DNA of 64,000 nucleotides. Source: Octopus vulgaris (Eukaryota). The position numbers and the translations under genes are program-made. This document shows positions 63,967-64,000 of the stretch, piece after piece. Location: the NCBI GenBank assembly GCA_951406725.2, contig OX597830.1:44950001-45014000 (forward strand), read 5' to 3'. Each line of letters starts with the position of its first letter. Position 1 is the stretch's first letter. Under the pieces are notes generated by a model. The model had not been told where the DNA came from and ran no database searches. It saw only the letters and a program-made list of their open reading frames with translations.

Positions 63967-64000
63967 TATATAATAATACTTTGAATGTGGTAACCGAGAA

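Overview
AT-rich, microsatellite- and retroelement-dense eukaryotic DNA. The repeat families look like those of an octopod cephalopod; this is my recognition and not a database result. The window is interior to one large minus-strand gene, spatacsin (SPG11). I traced 25 consecutive GT-AG exons from 60042 down to 1443 (3731 nt, about 1243 codons). They join with consistent phases and no stop codon and match roughly the C-terminal half of spatacsin. The upstream exons and the last exon(s) lie outside the window. The introns hold CR1-like, RTE (two families), R4/Dong-like and Penelope-like retroelement relics, tRNA-derived SINEs, mariner and DD37D (maT) transposons, a Helitron helicase fragment and MITEs. 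Four things stand out beyond that annotation: (i) at least five distinct minimal type-I hammerhead-ribozyme motifs in small intronic elements, one inside a promoter-bearing insertion flanked by a ~90-125 bp direct duplication; (ii) several long fold-back palindromes, one with ~385-bp near-perfect arms, that would form dsRNA in the SPG11 pre-mRNA; (iii) a PHD-type finger embedded inside the reverse transcriptase of an RTE LINE; (iv) a local duplication of a dead RT segment between microsatellites. I found no prokaryotic features or CRISPR array. Most short ORFs in the supplied track are microsatellite or antisense artefacts.
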